Shown here: piece by piece, positions 9,095 through 19,100 of the stretch
Numbering within the stretch: position 1 is the stretch's first letter
Layout: each line of letters begins with the position of its first letter
Assembly (NCBI RefSeq): GCF_000179635.2
Contig: NC_014833.1
Span: 990,001 to 1,022,000, forward strand
DNA: 32,000 bases
Direction of reading: 5' to 3'
DNA from: Ruminococcus albus 7 = DSM 20455
GTDB taxonomy: Bacteria > Bacillota > Clostridia > Oscillospirales > Ruminococcaceae
Made by a program: the position numbers and the translations under genes
The notes under the pieces: generated by a model
Told to the model about the DNA's origin: nothing
What the model saw: only the letters and a program-made list of their open reading frames with translations
Database searches by the model: none

Positions 9095-11118
9095 AATTTG
9101 ATGAAATTGCCGTGATCGGAATGAGCTGTTGTTTCCCTAAGGCAGATACGATCGATTCCTTCCGCACTATGCTCTGTGAGGGCAAGGATGCTGTGCGAAG
9201 GATCTCTCAAAATAAGAAGTCAAGATACGGATACACTGACAGGATAGATGAGAAAGAATATGCTTTTCTGGAAACCGAAGATCATTTTGATCCGGAATTT
9301 TTTGGAATTTCTGAAACCGAAGCACTGGAACTCACCGCTGTTGGACGAAATCTTCTGAAGCTTTGCGTGCAGGCGGTTGAACAAGCCGGCTATTCGTTGG
9401 ATGAACTGAAAGAACATCGCACCGGTCTGATAGTGAGTCTGTCTGAAGAAGAACTGACTGATCAGACAGATCTGCTGTCAGGAAAAGGCGGAATGGTGCT
9501 TGGTAAGATCGCACATTATCTTGGGGGCATTCATAAGGCTTATCTCGTAGATACGACTTGTACTTCGGCTTTGACGGCGATCCATCAGGCTTGCACTGAG
9601 CTGAGGGCAGATGAATGCGATATGGTAATTGCTGCATCATTTCATCTGACGCAGTTTCGGAATACTCCCCAGGGCTATCGCTGTGTGGAGGAACTGACGA
9701 AGATCGCATCACCGGATTTCCGCTCCTATCCGTTCCAGGAGCGTGCGAACGGAACGGGGATCGGTGAAGGCGGCGGTGCTGTTTTACTGAAACGAATATC
9801 GGATGCCATCAGAGATCGTGATTCTGTCGATGCAGTCATCTGTGGGTCTTCAATGGCTTACACAGGAAGTGAAAAGACAGATCTTTCGATCCCTGAGGAA
9901 CGTACGCTGCTCAGGAATGTGACGGAAGCTATGAAGTATGCCGATGTTAAAGTATCGCAGATAGGTTCCATTGAAGCGCATGGGACAGGTACAAAGATCG
10001 GTGATGCCATAGAGCTCCAGGCTTATGCAAAGGCATTGACAGGCAGTGAAAGGAAATGCAGGATCACTGCTGTCAAATCCAACATCGGTCATCTGGAACA
10101 TGCTGCCGGCATGGCATCATTTATTAAAATGGTCCTGCAAGTATCAGAGGGTAAGCATTATCCGATCTGTGGTTTTCATGATAAAACTACAGCAGTAGCA
10201 TGGGAGAACTCAACCCTGCTGCCTTGTGATACACTTCTTGATTGGGATGAGGAGGAACGCTTTGGTATTGTAGGAAGCTATGCGATGAACGGCAGCTGTG
10301 TACATATGGTGATGCGGAACGCCAAGAAACAGCAGGTAGATGAAGTTGTGCAGCGTCCTTGTGTTCTTCGGCTTTCTGCACAAGCGCATGATCTTCTTGA
10401 AAAACTGATCGACTCATGCTGTACAGCACTTGGAAGTTTACCGCAGCAGGATCTGGCTGATTTTGCATTCACCATGAATACTGGTCGTCCAAAATGCAAA
10501 TATACAGCAGCAGTCACAGGTTCTACCTGTGAGGAGATGATACAAGCCTTACACAGCTGTCAAACGGAAAAGATCACAGAACGGCTGAAAGCAACAACAG
10601 TCGTTTTATTGTGTTCAGGATCGGGAGAAACAAAAGCACAGACTCCTGAAGAATATGTCAAGGAGAAATTCAGGCAGATCAGTTACTTGAGAGATCTGGG
10701 CATCCCGGTCCATTCGGTGCTGGGATGCGGTCTGGGTAATGTTGTTGTAAGACATTGGCAGAATAACAGCATATCGGATGAAGAACTGCAGAGTGATATA
10801 GAACGTTGGAAAGATCAGAATGGCTGTAATGAAGAAAAATTTCTACAGTATATACACAAACAGACATCTGGCGGGGCTGTTATCTATCTGACCGCAGAAG
10901 AAGGGCTGCTCGGCAGTCTTTTAGAGCATGACGGCACAGCGGAACTGGTACGGCTGGAGAAAATAGCAGGAGCGGAAAAACTCCTTCAGATACTTTGCAG
11001 CAAAGGTGCAGATATCGACTGGCATATGTATTACCGTACTACAGGTCAGCATCTTCGTCGTATCGCAGTCCCTGCCAGTCCGCTGAAAGACAAAATAATA
11101 TGGAGGAATATGCAGTGA
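9091..11118 (+). CDS. Type I PKS ketosynthase with KS-AT linker and a degenerate, truncated AT remnant
   Basis: The TTG start overlaps the upstream TGA (TTGA), with GAGAGGAGGG upstream. KS: IAVIGMSCCFP, active-site DTTCTSA (Cys codon 9559-9561), EAHGTGTKIGD and KSNIGHLEHAAG, so the C-H-H triad is intact. The final ~250 aa look like a linker plus the start of an AT, but with GCGLG (10723-10737) where GHSxG is expected. Confidence 0.93.
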   Translation: MKFDEIAVIGMSCCFPKADTIDSFRTMLCEGKDAVRRISQNKKSRYGYTDRIDEKEYAFLETEDHFDPEFFGISETEALELTAVGRNLLKLCVQAVEQAGYSLDELKEHRTGLIVSLSEEELTDQTDLLSGKGGMVLGKIAHYLGGIHKAYLVDTTCTSALTAIHQACTELRADECDMVIAASFHLTQFRNTPQGYRCVEELTKIASPDFRSYPFQERANGTGIGEGGGAVLLKRISDAIRDRDSVDAVICGSSMAYTGSEKTDLSIPEERTLLRNVTEAMKYADVKVSQIGSIEAHGTGTKIGDAIELQAYAKALTGSERKCRITAVKSNIGHLEHAAGMASFIKMVLQVSEGKHYPICGFHDKTTAVAWENSTLLPCDTLLDWDEEERFGIVGSYAMNGSCVHMVMRNAKKQQVDEVVQRPCVLRLSAQAHDLLEKLIDSCCTALGSLPQQDLADFAFTMNTGRPKCKYTAAVTGSTCEEMIQALHSCQTEKITERLKATTVVLLCSGSGETKAQTPEEYVKEKFRQISYLRDLGIPVHSVLGCGLGNVVVRHWQNNSISDEELQSDIERWKDQNGCNEEKFLQYIHKQTSGGAVIYLTAEEGLLGSLLEHDGTAELVRLEKIAGAEKLLQILCSKGADIDWHMYYRTTGQHLRRIAVPASPLKDKIIWRNMQ

Positions 11119-14100
11119 AGCAATTATTGTCAGTATTAAGATCGCTGTCACAGATCAAGGATCTGCGCGTTAAGCGAACAGAAAACGGTGAGACCGAGAT
11201 CTATCTGCTAGCAAAAGAGCCGGTTCCGGATGCGTACCTTTCCTATCTGAAACATCAGGAGCCGGATGCAGATACCATACGAATATATAAAGTGGATGAA
11301 GCTGCATTCTGCGGCATCAGCAGTGAACTGCAGGTATCTGTGGACGATCTCGAACAGGTACAGGCAAAGCTTTCTTCAAATGTCTTTTTTGAGCAGGAAT
11401 TCTTCCCGTGCGAGGATAATCTTTGTATTCCCGACCTTACGCAGTACCCGGTCAGCTTTGAGAACAAGGCTAACAGCAAAAAAGCTATCTGCCATGGACG
11501 CGGTGACATCAGTTCTGAACTTGAAAAATTCCGTATCGGAGATCTGTCGCAGTTCCTGTTTCGCGCTGCAAAGTCAGATCAGAAGGTCGTTTTCATCAAG
11601 GCAGACGGTTCAGTTACGGAAGAATCGTATTCACTCCTTCTGGAACGCGCTAAGCGTATTGCGATGCAGGTACGCAAGCTTCCATACGGCAATTATCCGG
11701 TCCTGATGTTTCAGTTTACCGATAATCAGGATTTTATAGAAACATTCTGGGGATGCGTCCTGTCGGGTATCGTTCCTGTGCCTGTGCAGACCTGTGCGAA
11801 TTATGGGATTGCTGATGCAAACACATCACGTGTTTATAATATCTGGAAGATCCTTGATAAACCCCCGATAATCACTTCGGATGCTCTTTACGGCAGTATG
11901 CTGGATATACAGGAAGTATATAAAGAACAGATGCAGATATTCCCGTTCAGCTGCCTGATGAAGGAGAACGATGAACCGTTTGAGCATATCGAACGCCCGA
12001 TCGACGATCTGGCACTTATCATGTTCACATCAGGTAGTACGGGATTGCCTAAAGGCGTTAAGCTTTCACATTTTAACCTGATCTCGCAGGTCATCGGTCA
12101 AGTATCACTGAACGGATTTACGTCCGCGGATATCAGTATGAACTGGATGCCGCTGACGCATGTAGGCGGTATCATTTATTTCCATCTTCGTGATGTGTAT
12201 CTGTGTGCCTTGCAGGTACATGTGGATACAGATCTGGTGCTGAAGAATCCGCTTTCATGGCTTGATATAATTGATGAGTACCGTGCGTGTATCACATGGT
12301 CACCGAATTTTGCATATAAACTGATCGTTGATGCACTGGAATGCGGCGATGTACACAAAGAATGGGATCTTTCCTGTATGCATACGTTCCTGGACGGCGG
12401 AGAAGCAGTAATAGCAGAAGTGGGACTTGCCTTCTTGAAGGGATTAAAACCATTCGGACTCAGGTCAACGGCATTCGTACCTAGTTATGGTATGTCGGAA
12501 ACATCATCTGGTGTCATATATTATTTCGGATTTAATGAGGATACTATCCGCCCGACTGATAATTTTGTACCTGTCGGTGAGATCGTTCCGGGTGACAGTG
12601 TGCGTATTGTCGATGAACACGATCAGCTCAAATGCGAAGGTGAGATCGGACGATTCCAGGTGAAAGGCAATACTATCACCAAGGGGTATTTCAATAACGA
12701 GAAGGCGACCCGTGAAAGTTATACTGAAGACGGCTGGTTCAATACCGGAGATCTTGCATTCATCAAAGACGGAATGCTTTCGATCACGGGACGTGAAAAG
12801 GATGTCATCATCATAAATGGTGTGAACTACTACAATCATGAGATCGAGAGCGAACTGGAAACTCTGCAGGAAGTCAGGAGTTCTTTCTGTGTGGCAGGTG
12901 CTGTCACCGTGGTACCCGGAACTCCGGAAAAACTTCTTATACTGTACAGTGCTCAGGAAATATCCGATGATGTACTGCTGGAGCAGTCTGATGATACTAT
13001 GGCGTACATTGATCGAGTAAATGAGAAGATACGTCGCGACCTTGCTAAAAACTTTAATCTGTTTCCTCATGATGTGGTTTGTATACCGTCATTTGAGATA
13101 CTTAAAACGGATATCGGCAAACTGCAGCGCAAAAAGATGATCGAACTGTACCTGAAGGGAATGTACAGAAAATATACCGACTCTGCTGCGGGAATATCCA
13201 CTTCGGAAACGGACGAGAAAAACAAACCGCTGATGACCAGGATCTGGCAGGAAAAGCCCTGCACCCATGAGGCGGAGCAGGACTGTACGGTACTTCTTGT
13301 CGGAACGATAAGGGGATCAATTCACTCTTTGATTGAAGATAATTATACTAAGGTACTTCCGTTCAGTAAATATGATACACTGCCTGCAGATACGCACGTA
13401 TCCGTGATCATGGACTTCGGACAGGACAGCGATATTCACACTAAGATCACCATTCTTCAGGATACTGTCCGCTCGCTGGAAGAATATGGACTTGATCGGG
13501 TAGTGCTAAATGTTTTCACAAGCGGAGGATTCTATGCAAAACCGGGAGACAGTGTGAATGAAAATGCTGTATTCAACGGGATCCTGCAAAGCTATCAGAT
13601 GGAAAACGGAAATATATTTGTCAAGCAGATCGATGTGGCGGAAGGCGATATGTTGCCGGGTGCTGAAGAGATCACGCAGACTAACGACCATGTTATAGTC
13701 TACCGCAGCGGTGTCAGATATGTTCCGTATCTTGTGTCAGCAGATGTGGATACATCTGTCACACAGCCGATCACAGAAGGCGGTCTTTATCTTGTTACCG
13801 GTATAACAGGCGGTGTGGGAAGAAAGATCACGTCCTTCCTGGCAAGAAACTATAACTGCCGTTTTATTGCTGTAGGCAGAAAGTCTGAGGAAGCTGCACG
13901 AGAGATATTCCGCAGCGAGCAAATGGATGAAAGTGTTCTTGCGTACCGAAACATCGAGCTTTCAGATACGGATCAGCTTTCTTCCTTTGTTGCTGATGCA
14001 GAGCAAATGGATGGAAGTACCCTCGCAGGTATACTGCATTTTGCAGGCAGCGTATCCGAACTGCATGGCGGCAGAGATCATTGGGAAGAGTTCCGATTGC

Positions 14101-15011
14101 ATTTTCTGGTATCCGAAACGATGGGATCCTTCGATGAGGCATTGGCGCCAAAGGGATATGCGGTTTCATCTCTTTGCAAGCTGCTTGAAGGCAGACCTGA
14201 TTGTCGTATGCTTCTGCTATCGTCGGTAAATGCATTTTTCGGAGGTTCCTCGCTTGCAGCTTATTCAGGTGCGAACAGTTTCCTTAATGAAATGGCATTG
14301 TCTTGTATGGAAAAGCATCCTCAGGTGTACTGCATCAATTTTGCAAATCTTTCTAATATAGGAATGTCAGCCGATATCCCCGACGGTCTTAAAGAATCAT
14401 CGAAGAAGAACGGTTTCTATTTGCTGACACTAGAAGAAGCAGCTAGCGTTATGTTGTATGTGCTGGCGCATCATATCCGTTTCTCGTTCTATGGCATCAA
14501 TTTACAGAATCGGAATATGCAGCAGTTCTGCTGCGAGCCGATGCAGCAGCGGATCATAGCTTATCTGCCCAAAGCACAGGAACCCGGACAGATCTCATCG
14601 ATCCTTGGCAATACCGCAGAACTTCGCTTTGGCAGGCTGGCTGACTATGAAGTTCGTATACAATCTCTTCACAGTCGTATGCCGCAGTTGGAGGCGTGGA
14701 AGGATACTCTGCGCAGCAGAGGATTATTTGCTTCGGCAAGCAGACTTCTTCAGCCGTCAACTGAAACAGAACAGGCAATTTATAACATCTGGAAAGAGGT
14801 ATTGCAGATCGAAGATTTCGGAATAGATAAGTCCTATTTCACCATTGGCGGAAACTCTCTGAACAGTTTCCGTACGCTTGAGAAGATGAACCGACATTTC
14901 AATACAGAACTGACAATAGCAGATTTCTTTACCTACAATTCGGTACAGGAGTTTGCTGAATTACTTGACCAAAGATCAAAGAATGACAATCAGGAGGAGG
15001 GCATGTTCTGA
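11100..15011 (+). CDS. Fatty-acyl-AMP-ligase-like adenylating domain, ketoreductase and carrier protein (tridomain, plus an N-terminal ~150 aa of unknown function)
   Basis: ATG 11100 (MEEYAVK) is preferred over the track start at 10995. FAAL-like motifs: MFTSGSTGLPKGVKLSH, NWMPLTHVGGII, SPNFAYKL, PSYGMSETS, GRFQVKGNTITKGYFN, WFNTGDLAF, GREKDVIIINGVNYYNHEIE, KTDIGKLQRKK. KR: VTGITGGVGRK (13797-13824) and SSVNAFFGGSSLAAYSGANSFL. Carrier: YFTIGGNSLNSF (GGNSL at 14848-14862). Confidence 0.9.
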   Translation: MEEYAVKQLLSVLRSLSQIKDLRVKRTENGETEIYLLAKEPVPDAYLSYLKHQEPDADTIRIYKVDEAAFCGISSELQVSVDDLEQVQAKLSSNVFFEQEFFPCEDNLCIPDLTQYPVSFENKANSKKAICHGRGDISSELEKFRIGDLSQFLFRAAKSDQKVVFIKADGSVTEESYSLLLERAKRIAMQVRKLPYGNYPVLMFQFTDNQDFIETFWGCVLSGIVPVPVQTCANYGIADANTSRVYNIWKILDKPPIITSDALYGSMLDIQEVYKEQMQIFPFSCLMKENDEPFEHIERPIDDLALIMFTSGSTGLPKGVKLSHFNLISQVIGQVSLNGFTSADISMNWMPLTHVGGIIYFHLRDVYLCALQVHVDTDLVLKNPLSWLDIIDEYRACITWSPNFAYKLIVDALECGDVHKEWDLSCMHTFLDGGEAVIAEVGLAFLKGLKPFGLRSTAFVPSYGMSETSSGVIYYFGFNEDTIRPTDNFVPVGEIVPGDSVRIVDEHDQLKCEGEIGRFQVKGNTITKGYFNNEKATRESYTEDGWFNTGDLAFIKDGMLSITGREKDVIIINGVNYYNHEIESELETLQEVRSSFCVAGAVTVVPGTPEKLLILYSAQEISDDVLLEQSDDTMAYIDRVNEKIRRDLAKNFNLFPHDVVCIPSFEILKTDIGKLQRKKMIELYLKGMYRKYTDSAAGISTSETDEKNKPLMTRIWQEKPCTHEAEQDCTVLLVGTIRGSIHSLIEDNYTKVLPFSKYDTLPADTHVSVIMDFGQDSDIHTKITILQDTVRSLEEYGLDRVVLNVFTSGGFYAKPGDSVNENAVFNGILQSYQMENGNIFVKQIDVAEGDMLPGAEEITQTNDHVIVYRSGVRYVPYLVSADVDTSVTQPITEGGLYLVTGITGGVGRKITSFLARNYNCRFIAVGRKSEEAAREIFRSEQMDESVLAYRNIELSDTDQLSSFVADAEQMDGSTLAGILHFAGSVSELHGGRDHWEEFRLHFLVSETMGSFDEALAPKGYAVSSLCKLLEGRPDCRMLLLSSVNAFFGGSSLAAYSGANSFLNEMALSCMEKHPQVYCINFANLSNIGMSADIPDGLKESSKKNGFYLLTLEEAASVMLYVLAHHIRFSFYGINLQNRNMQQFCCEPMQQRIIAYLPKAQEPGQISSILGNTAELRFGRLADYEVRIQSLHSRMPQLEAWKDTLRSRGLFASASRLLQPSTETEQAIYNIWKEVLQIEDFGIDKSYFTIGGNSLNSFRTLEKMNRHFNTELTIADFFTYNSVQEFAELLDQRSKNDNQEEGMF

Positions 15012-15033
15012 TGAAAGCCCGGAAGGAGCATAA

Positions 15034-16116
15034 ATGAAACGAATTGCCATATTAGGTGCATACGGGACAGTCGGACGTGAGGCACTGCAGCATCTGTACA
15101 GTACAGGGGATTATGAGTTATATGGGTTAGTCAGACAGCCTGAACGTGTGAAGGAGGATCCGTTCTTTGACGCTATGCCTGATGTCCGCTGGGAAAGGCT
15201 GGATATCACAGAGAATGAGCGATTGACTGATGCGATCTGCGGAATGGATGTTGTTCTGAATACAGTTTCCTGTTCAGGTAAGTACAGCAGAAAAATAGCA
15301 GAACTATGTGCCGAACGGAATACAGCCTATGTGGATGCAGGTATCCCGGATAATATCGGTGATCTGTCAGGACAGTCAGATAAAACTTTACTGTATGGCG
15401 CAGGTGCTTTGCCCGGATTGTCTTCAGTACTGGGGGTATATGCTGCACAGGGATTTGATACTGTCAGCGGATATCAGCACATCGCATCGATACACGGTGC
15501 ATTCTCGTACGGTGCAGCTTATGATTATCTGCGTGGTGTCAGCGGAGAATACGGCGGACATCCTGTGAAGAAAACGGAACTTCCTCTGCTGGGCTGTACT
15601 GAGATCATGCAGTATACAGATGACGAGACACACTATGTTCTGCAAAAGATCGGCTGTCCGGACGGAAAACATTATGTCACGCTCGGATCACGTAAGTTAT
15701 ATGCTACGATCGAACGGGCAGTTTTGCGCTTTGAATCAGATCCTGAAGGTGCAGCTCGTGAACTGGTGACTTACAGTCAGCTATACCGCGTTCGTTCTCA
15801 GGAACATATGGCATTCATTATAGAGGTGCAGGGGACAACGGAGCAAGGGATACAGCAGACGAGAACTCTGCTTATGAAATACGATTCAGCGGCAGCACTC
15901 ACAGGACTGTCTTCAGGACTTAGCACTGAAATTGCTGCAAATGCATCACAGCCGATAGGTGTATGCAGTCTGACACACTTCCCCGACGATCCGCTGTATG
16001 CCAAGGAAATGCCGCGGATACTTCGGGCGATCGATGAAAACAGACACAAGGTCGTATTTGAGACCTGCGCGTGCAGTATCAACGAGTGGATGCAGGAAAG
16101 TGAAGGGGAAATCTAA
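15034..16116 (+). CDS. Saccharopine-dehydrogenase-like NAD(P)-binding oxidoreductase
   Basis: N-terminal Rossmann motif IAILGAYGTVGREAL, then VVLNTVSCSG...AYVDAG and GAGALPGLSSVL, which resemble the Sacchrp_dh_NADP layout. GGAAGGAG RBS. Family assignment is by eye only. Confidence 0.65.
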   Translation: MKRIAILGAYGTVGREALQHLYSTGDYELYGLVRQPERVKEDPFFDAMPDVRWERLDITENERLTDAICGMDVVLNTVSCSGKYSRKIAELCAERNTAYVDAGIPDNIGDLSGQSDKTLLYGAGALPGLSSVLGVYAAQGFDTVSGYQHIASIHGAFSYGAAYDYLRGVSGEYGGHPVKKTELPLLGCTEIMQYTDDETHYVLQKIGCPDGKHYVTLGSRKLYATIERAVLRFESDPEGAARELVTYSQLYRVRSQEHMAFIIEVQGTTEQGIQQTRTLLMKYDSAAALTGLSSGLSTEIAANASQPIGVCSLTHFPDDPLYAKEMPRILRAIDENRHKVVFETCACSINEWMQESEGEI

Positions 16117-16134
16117 TGAAATCAGGAGGGCAAT

Positions 16135-19100
16135 ATGCCAAGTAAATATGATGCAGCGCGGGAGCTGCTGGAAGCATTGGAAGCCAAGGGCATCACGTTC
16201 TGGTGTGAGGGAGATAAGATAAAATACAAAGCCGGTGCCGGTGCAATGCAGAAGGATGATATTCTCAGGTTAAAAGCCTGCAAGAGTGAGATACTGGAGC
16301 TTCTCGCAGCTGACAGCGGAAAAGTGAAACTTATGGAAAACAAGTCAGAACGATATGAACCGTTCGTACTGACAGACGTTCAGCAATCCTATCTGATGGG
16401 GCGCGGCAACTTGTTTGATTATGGAGGTGTAGCGTGCCATATCTATATACAGCTGTGTTATGAACAGCTTGACCCTGTTCGGGTCGAGCGTGTATGGAAT
16501 GAGCTGATCGCCAAGCATGAAATGCTTCGTGCGGTGATCCATGAGGAGGGTTATCAGCAGATAATGAAGGAAGCACCTCCTTTTAATGTCCGTGATTATG
16601 GTGATCTTCCTGCCGATCAGATCGAGCAGGAGATGGGACATGATGCTTTTGAGATCGGCTCATGGCCGTATTTTGCAGTTGGTGTTTCCAATTATGAAAA
16701 GAAAGCGATAATGCATATTTCGATCGAGTTTATCATAGCGGACTGGACTAGCATCTGGATGCTGATGTATCAGTTTGAGCAGTTGTATTTCGGAGAACTG
16801 CAGGAGATACAGTCGGTACCGATAAGCTTTCGTGATTATGTTCTTACCGAACGCGAACAGAAGGAAAGTGCAGTGTATGCACAAGACAAAGCCTATTGGA
16901 TGAAGCAGCTGGAAACTTTTCCGACACGTCCGCTGCTGCCTGTTATCCGCAGTAATGACAAGGAAAAAGCATATTTTGAACGTAAATATGTGCGCTTGTC
17001 ACCTGACGAGTGGGGACGTGTCAAACAGTACGCGCTTGTAAACGGGATAACACCTACTACGCTGGTGTTGATGCTGTATGCAGCGGCACTGGAACGATAC
17101 AGCGAAAACAAACGATTTGCCATTAACCTGACCGTACTGAATCGTCAGCCGTTTCATCCGGATATAGACAAGGTCATAGGTGATTTCACCACTCTGAGCC
17201 TTTTGGAGATCGACTTCGGAAGCGGAAAGGATTTTCTGGAAACTGCAAAGATCACTGGTGAAAGACTTTTCGGAAACATGGATCACAGCAGCTACTCAGG
17301 TGTGGAGTTTATGCGTGAGATCTCTCGCAGCAAAGGTCCGGATGCAGCATTCATGCCTTATGTTTTCACCAGTGCAGTCGGACTCTTCTCGTCAATGCCT
17401 GATATGATGATCCGCGGCATGGGGGAAGGAAGCGGCATCAGCCAGACTCCGCAGGTGTTTATTGATTGTCAGGTCATGGATGGAAACTTTGGTATGCAGG
17501 TCAACTGGGATATCCGCAAGGGTGTTTTTGAACCGTGTATTATAGAAGATATGTTCACACTGTTCCGTGAGATGCTGTGTTCCATTGTGGACGGAATGCC
17601 TGTGATCCCTGATCATCCGGCATATCAGGCGCAATTGCTTGCCGATGTCAACAGGACCGCTCAGAAACTTCCGACTCCGCTCCTGCATGAGAATATACTT
17701 CGTGCCGCGGCAGAATATCCTGATAAGACCGCAGTGATCTCGGGAAGGAATACCTACACCTATTCACAGCTGCTTTGCATCGCTGGAGGAATTTTCCAAA
17801 AGCTTAAAACTCTGTCGCCTTTGCGTGAAGAACCGATCGGTATCGCCGCAGAAAAATCTGTATACCAGCCTGCAGGCGCACTAGCTATACTCTGCGCAGG
17901 CTGTGCCTATGTTCCGATCTCGGTGGAGCAGGGAACTCAGCGTATCGAAAGTATACTCCGACGTTCAGGGATACGTATTATACTGACAACCACGCAGGAT
18001 AATACACCGTATCCTGAAGATATAACCGTTATCCGTGCTGATACCCTGTCTGAGTGTGAACTTGAGCCCGAAGTGCTGCAGGATCGGTCTGACAGCGAAC
18101 TTGCTTATATTATCTTTACATCAGGTTCTACGGGAGAACCAAAGGGCGTTGCTATTTCCCACGCGGGAGCTGTCAATACCATTGAGGATATCAACCGAAG
18201 ATATAATGTTACAGAAAAAGACAGTGTACTCGGTGTATCTCAGTTAAGCTTTGATCTGTCGGTATATGATATCTTCGGTGTGCTGGGAACGGGAGGAACG
18301 CTGGTATATCCTGAAGATGAGCGCAAAAAAGAGCCTGCTCATCTGGCACAGTTGATCGCGCAGCATCACATAACGCTGTGGAACAGTGTACCGTCACTTC
18401 TTCGTATGGTAATGGTATATCTTGCATCCGAAACGAAAACTACGGAGATAGAATCATTAAGGCTGGTGCTGTTGTCAGGAGACTGGATTCCGTTGGATCT
18501 GCCCGATACACTGCTGAGATATGCACCTGATGCACAGGTGGTCAGTCTTGGCGGTGCGACGGAGGCTTCTATATGGTCAAATTATCACGACTATCACGGA
18601 TTGTGCAGTAATTTTAGGAGCATACCGTATGGAAGACCTCTGGCGAATCAGGAATTTCGGGTGCTGGATGAACATCTTCGGAATTGCCCTGTTGGTGTCA
18701 AGGGTGATCTTTATATTCTGGGCAAAGGACTTGCCCAAGGGTATTACAGAGATCCTGAACGCACACAGAAGCAGTTCTTCATACATCCTATCACCGGTGA
18801 GCGTATGTATCGTACAGGCGATGTTGGTATGTATCATCACAATGGTGAGATCGAATTTCTGGGTCGTTCAGATGATCAGATCAAGTTCAACGGACACAGG
18901 ATCGAAGTGGGTGAGATCGAAAGTGCCGTCAGCCGAACTCCTGGTATCGCACGAAATATTGTGGTGTATACAGATGTAGATGGAGAAAAGACATTGACCT
19001 GTTACTATGAAACAGCCGTTGCCGATGAAGCAAAGCGTACAGCATACACGGATGAATGGAATGCCATGACTGCCGACTTTCAACATGATCCATCTTTCGA

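Noticed and set aside
10995-11099. Track start at 10995 for the FAAL-KR-T gene, giving a 35-aa Arg/Ser/Tyr-rich N-terminal extension.
   Set aside because: The extension lies wholly inside the KS gene's 3' end in another frame and looks non-protein-like. ATG 11100 gives a modest 19-nt overlap, consistent with the coupling seen elsewhere. The exact start remains uncertain.
11100-11550. The N-terminal ~150 aa of the FAAL-KR-T protein, considered as a cryptic carrier domain (GISSEL) or a remnant of an A-domain C-terminal subdomain.
   Set aside because: It has no convincing GxDS/helix-II context and only a vague pattern resemblance to A9-A10. The call is not supportable without an HMM or structure search, so the region is left as unknown.
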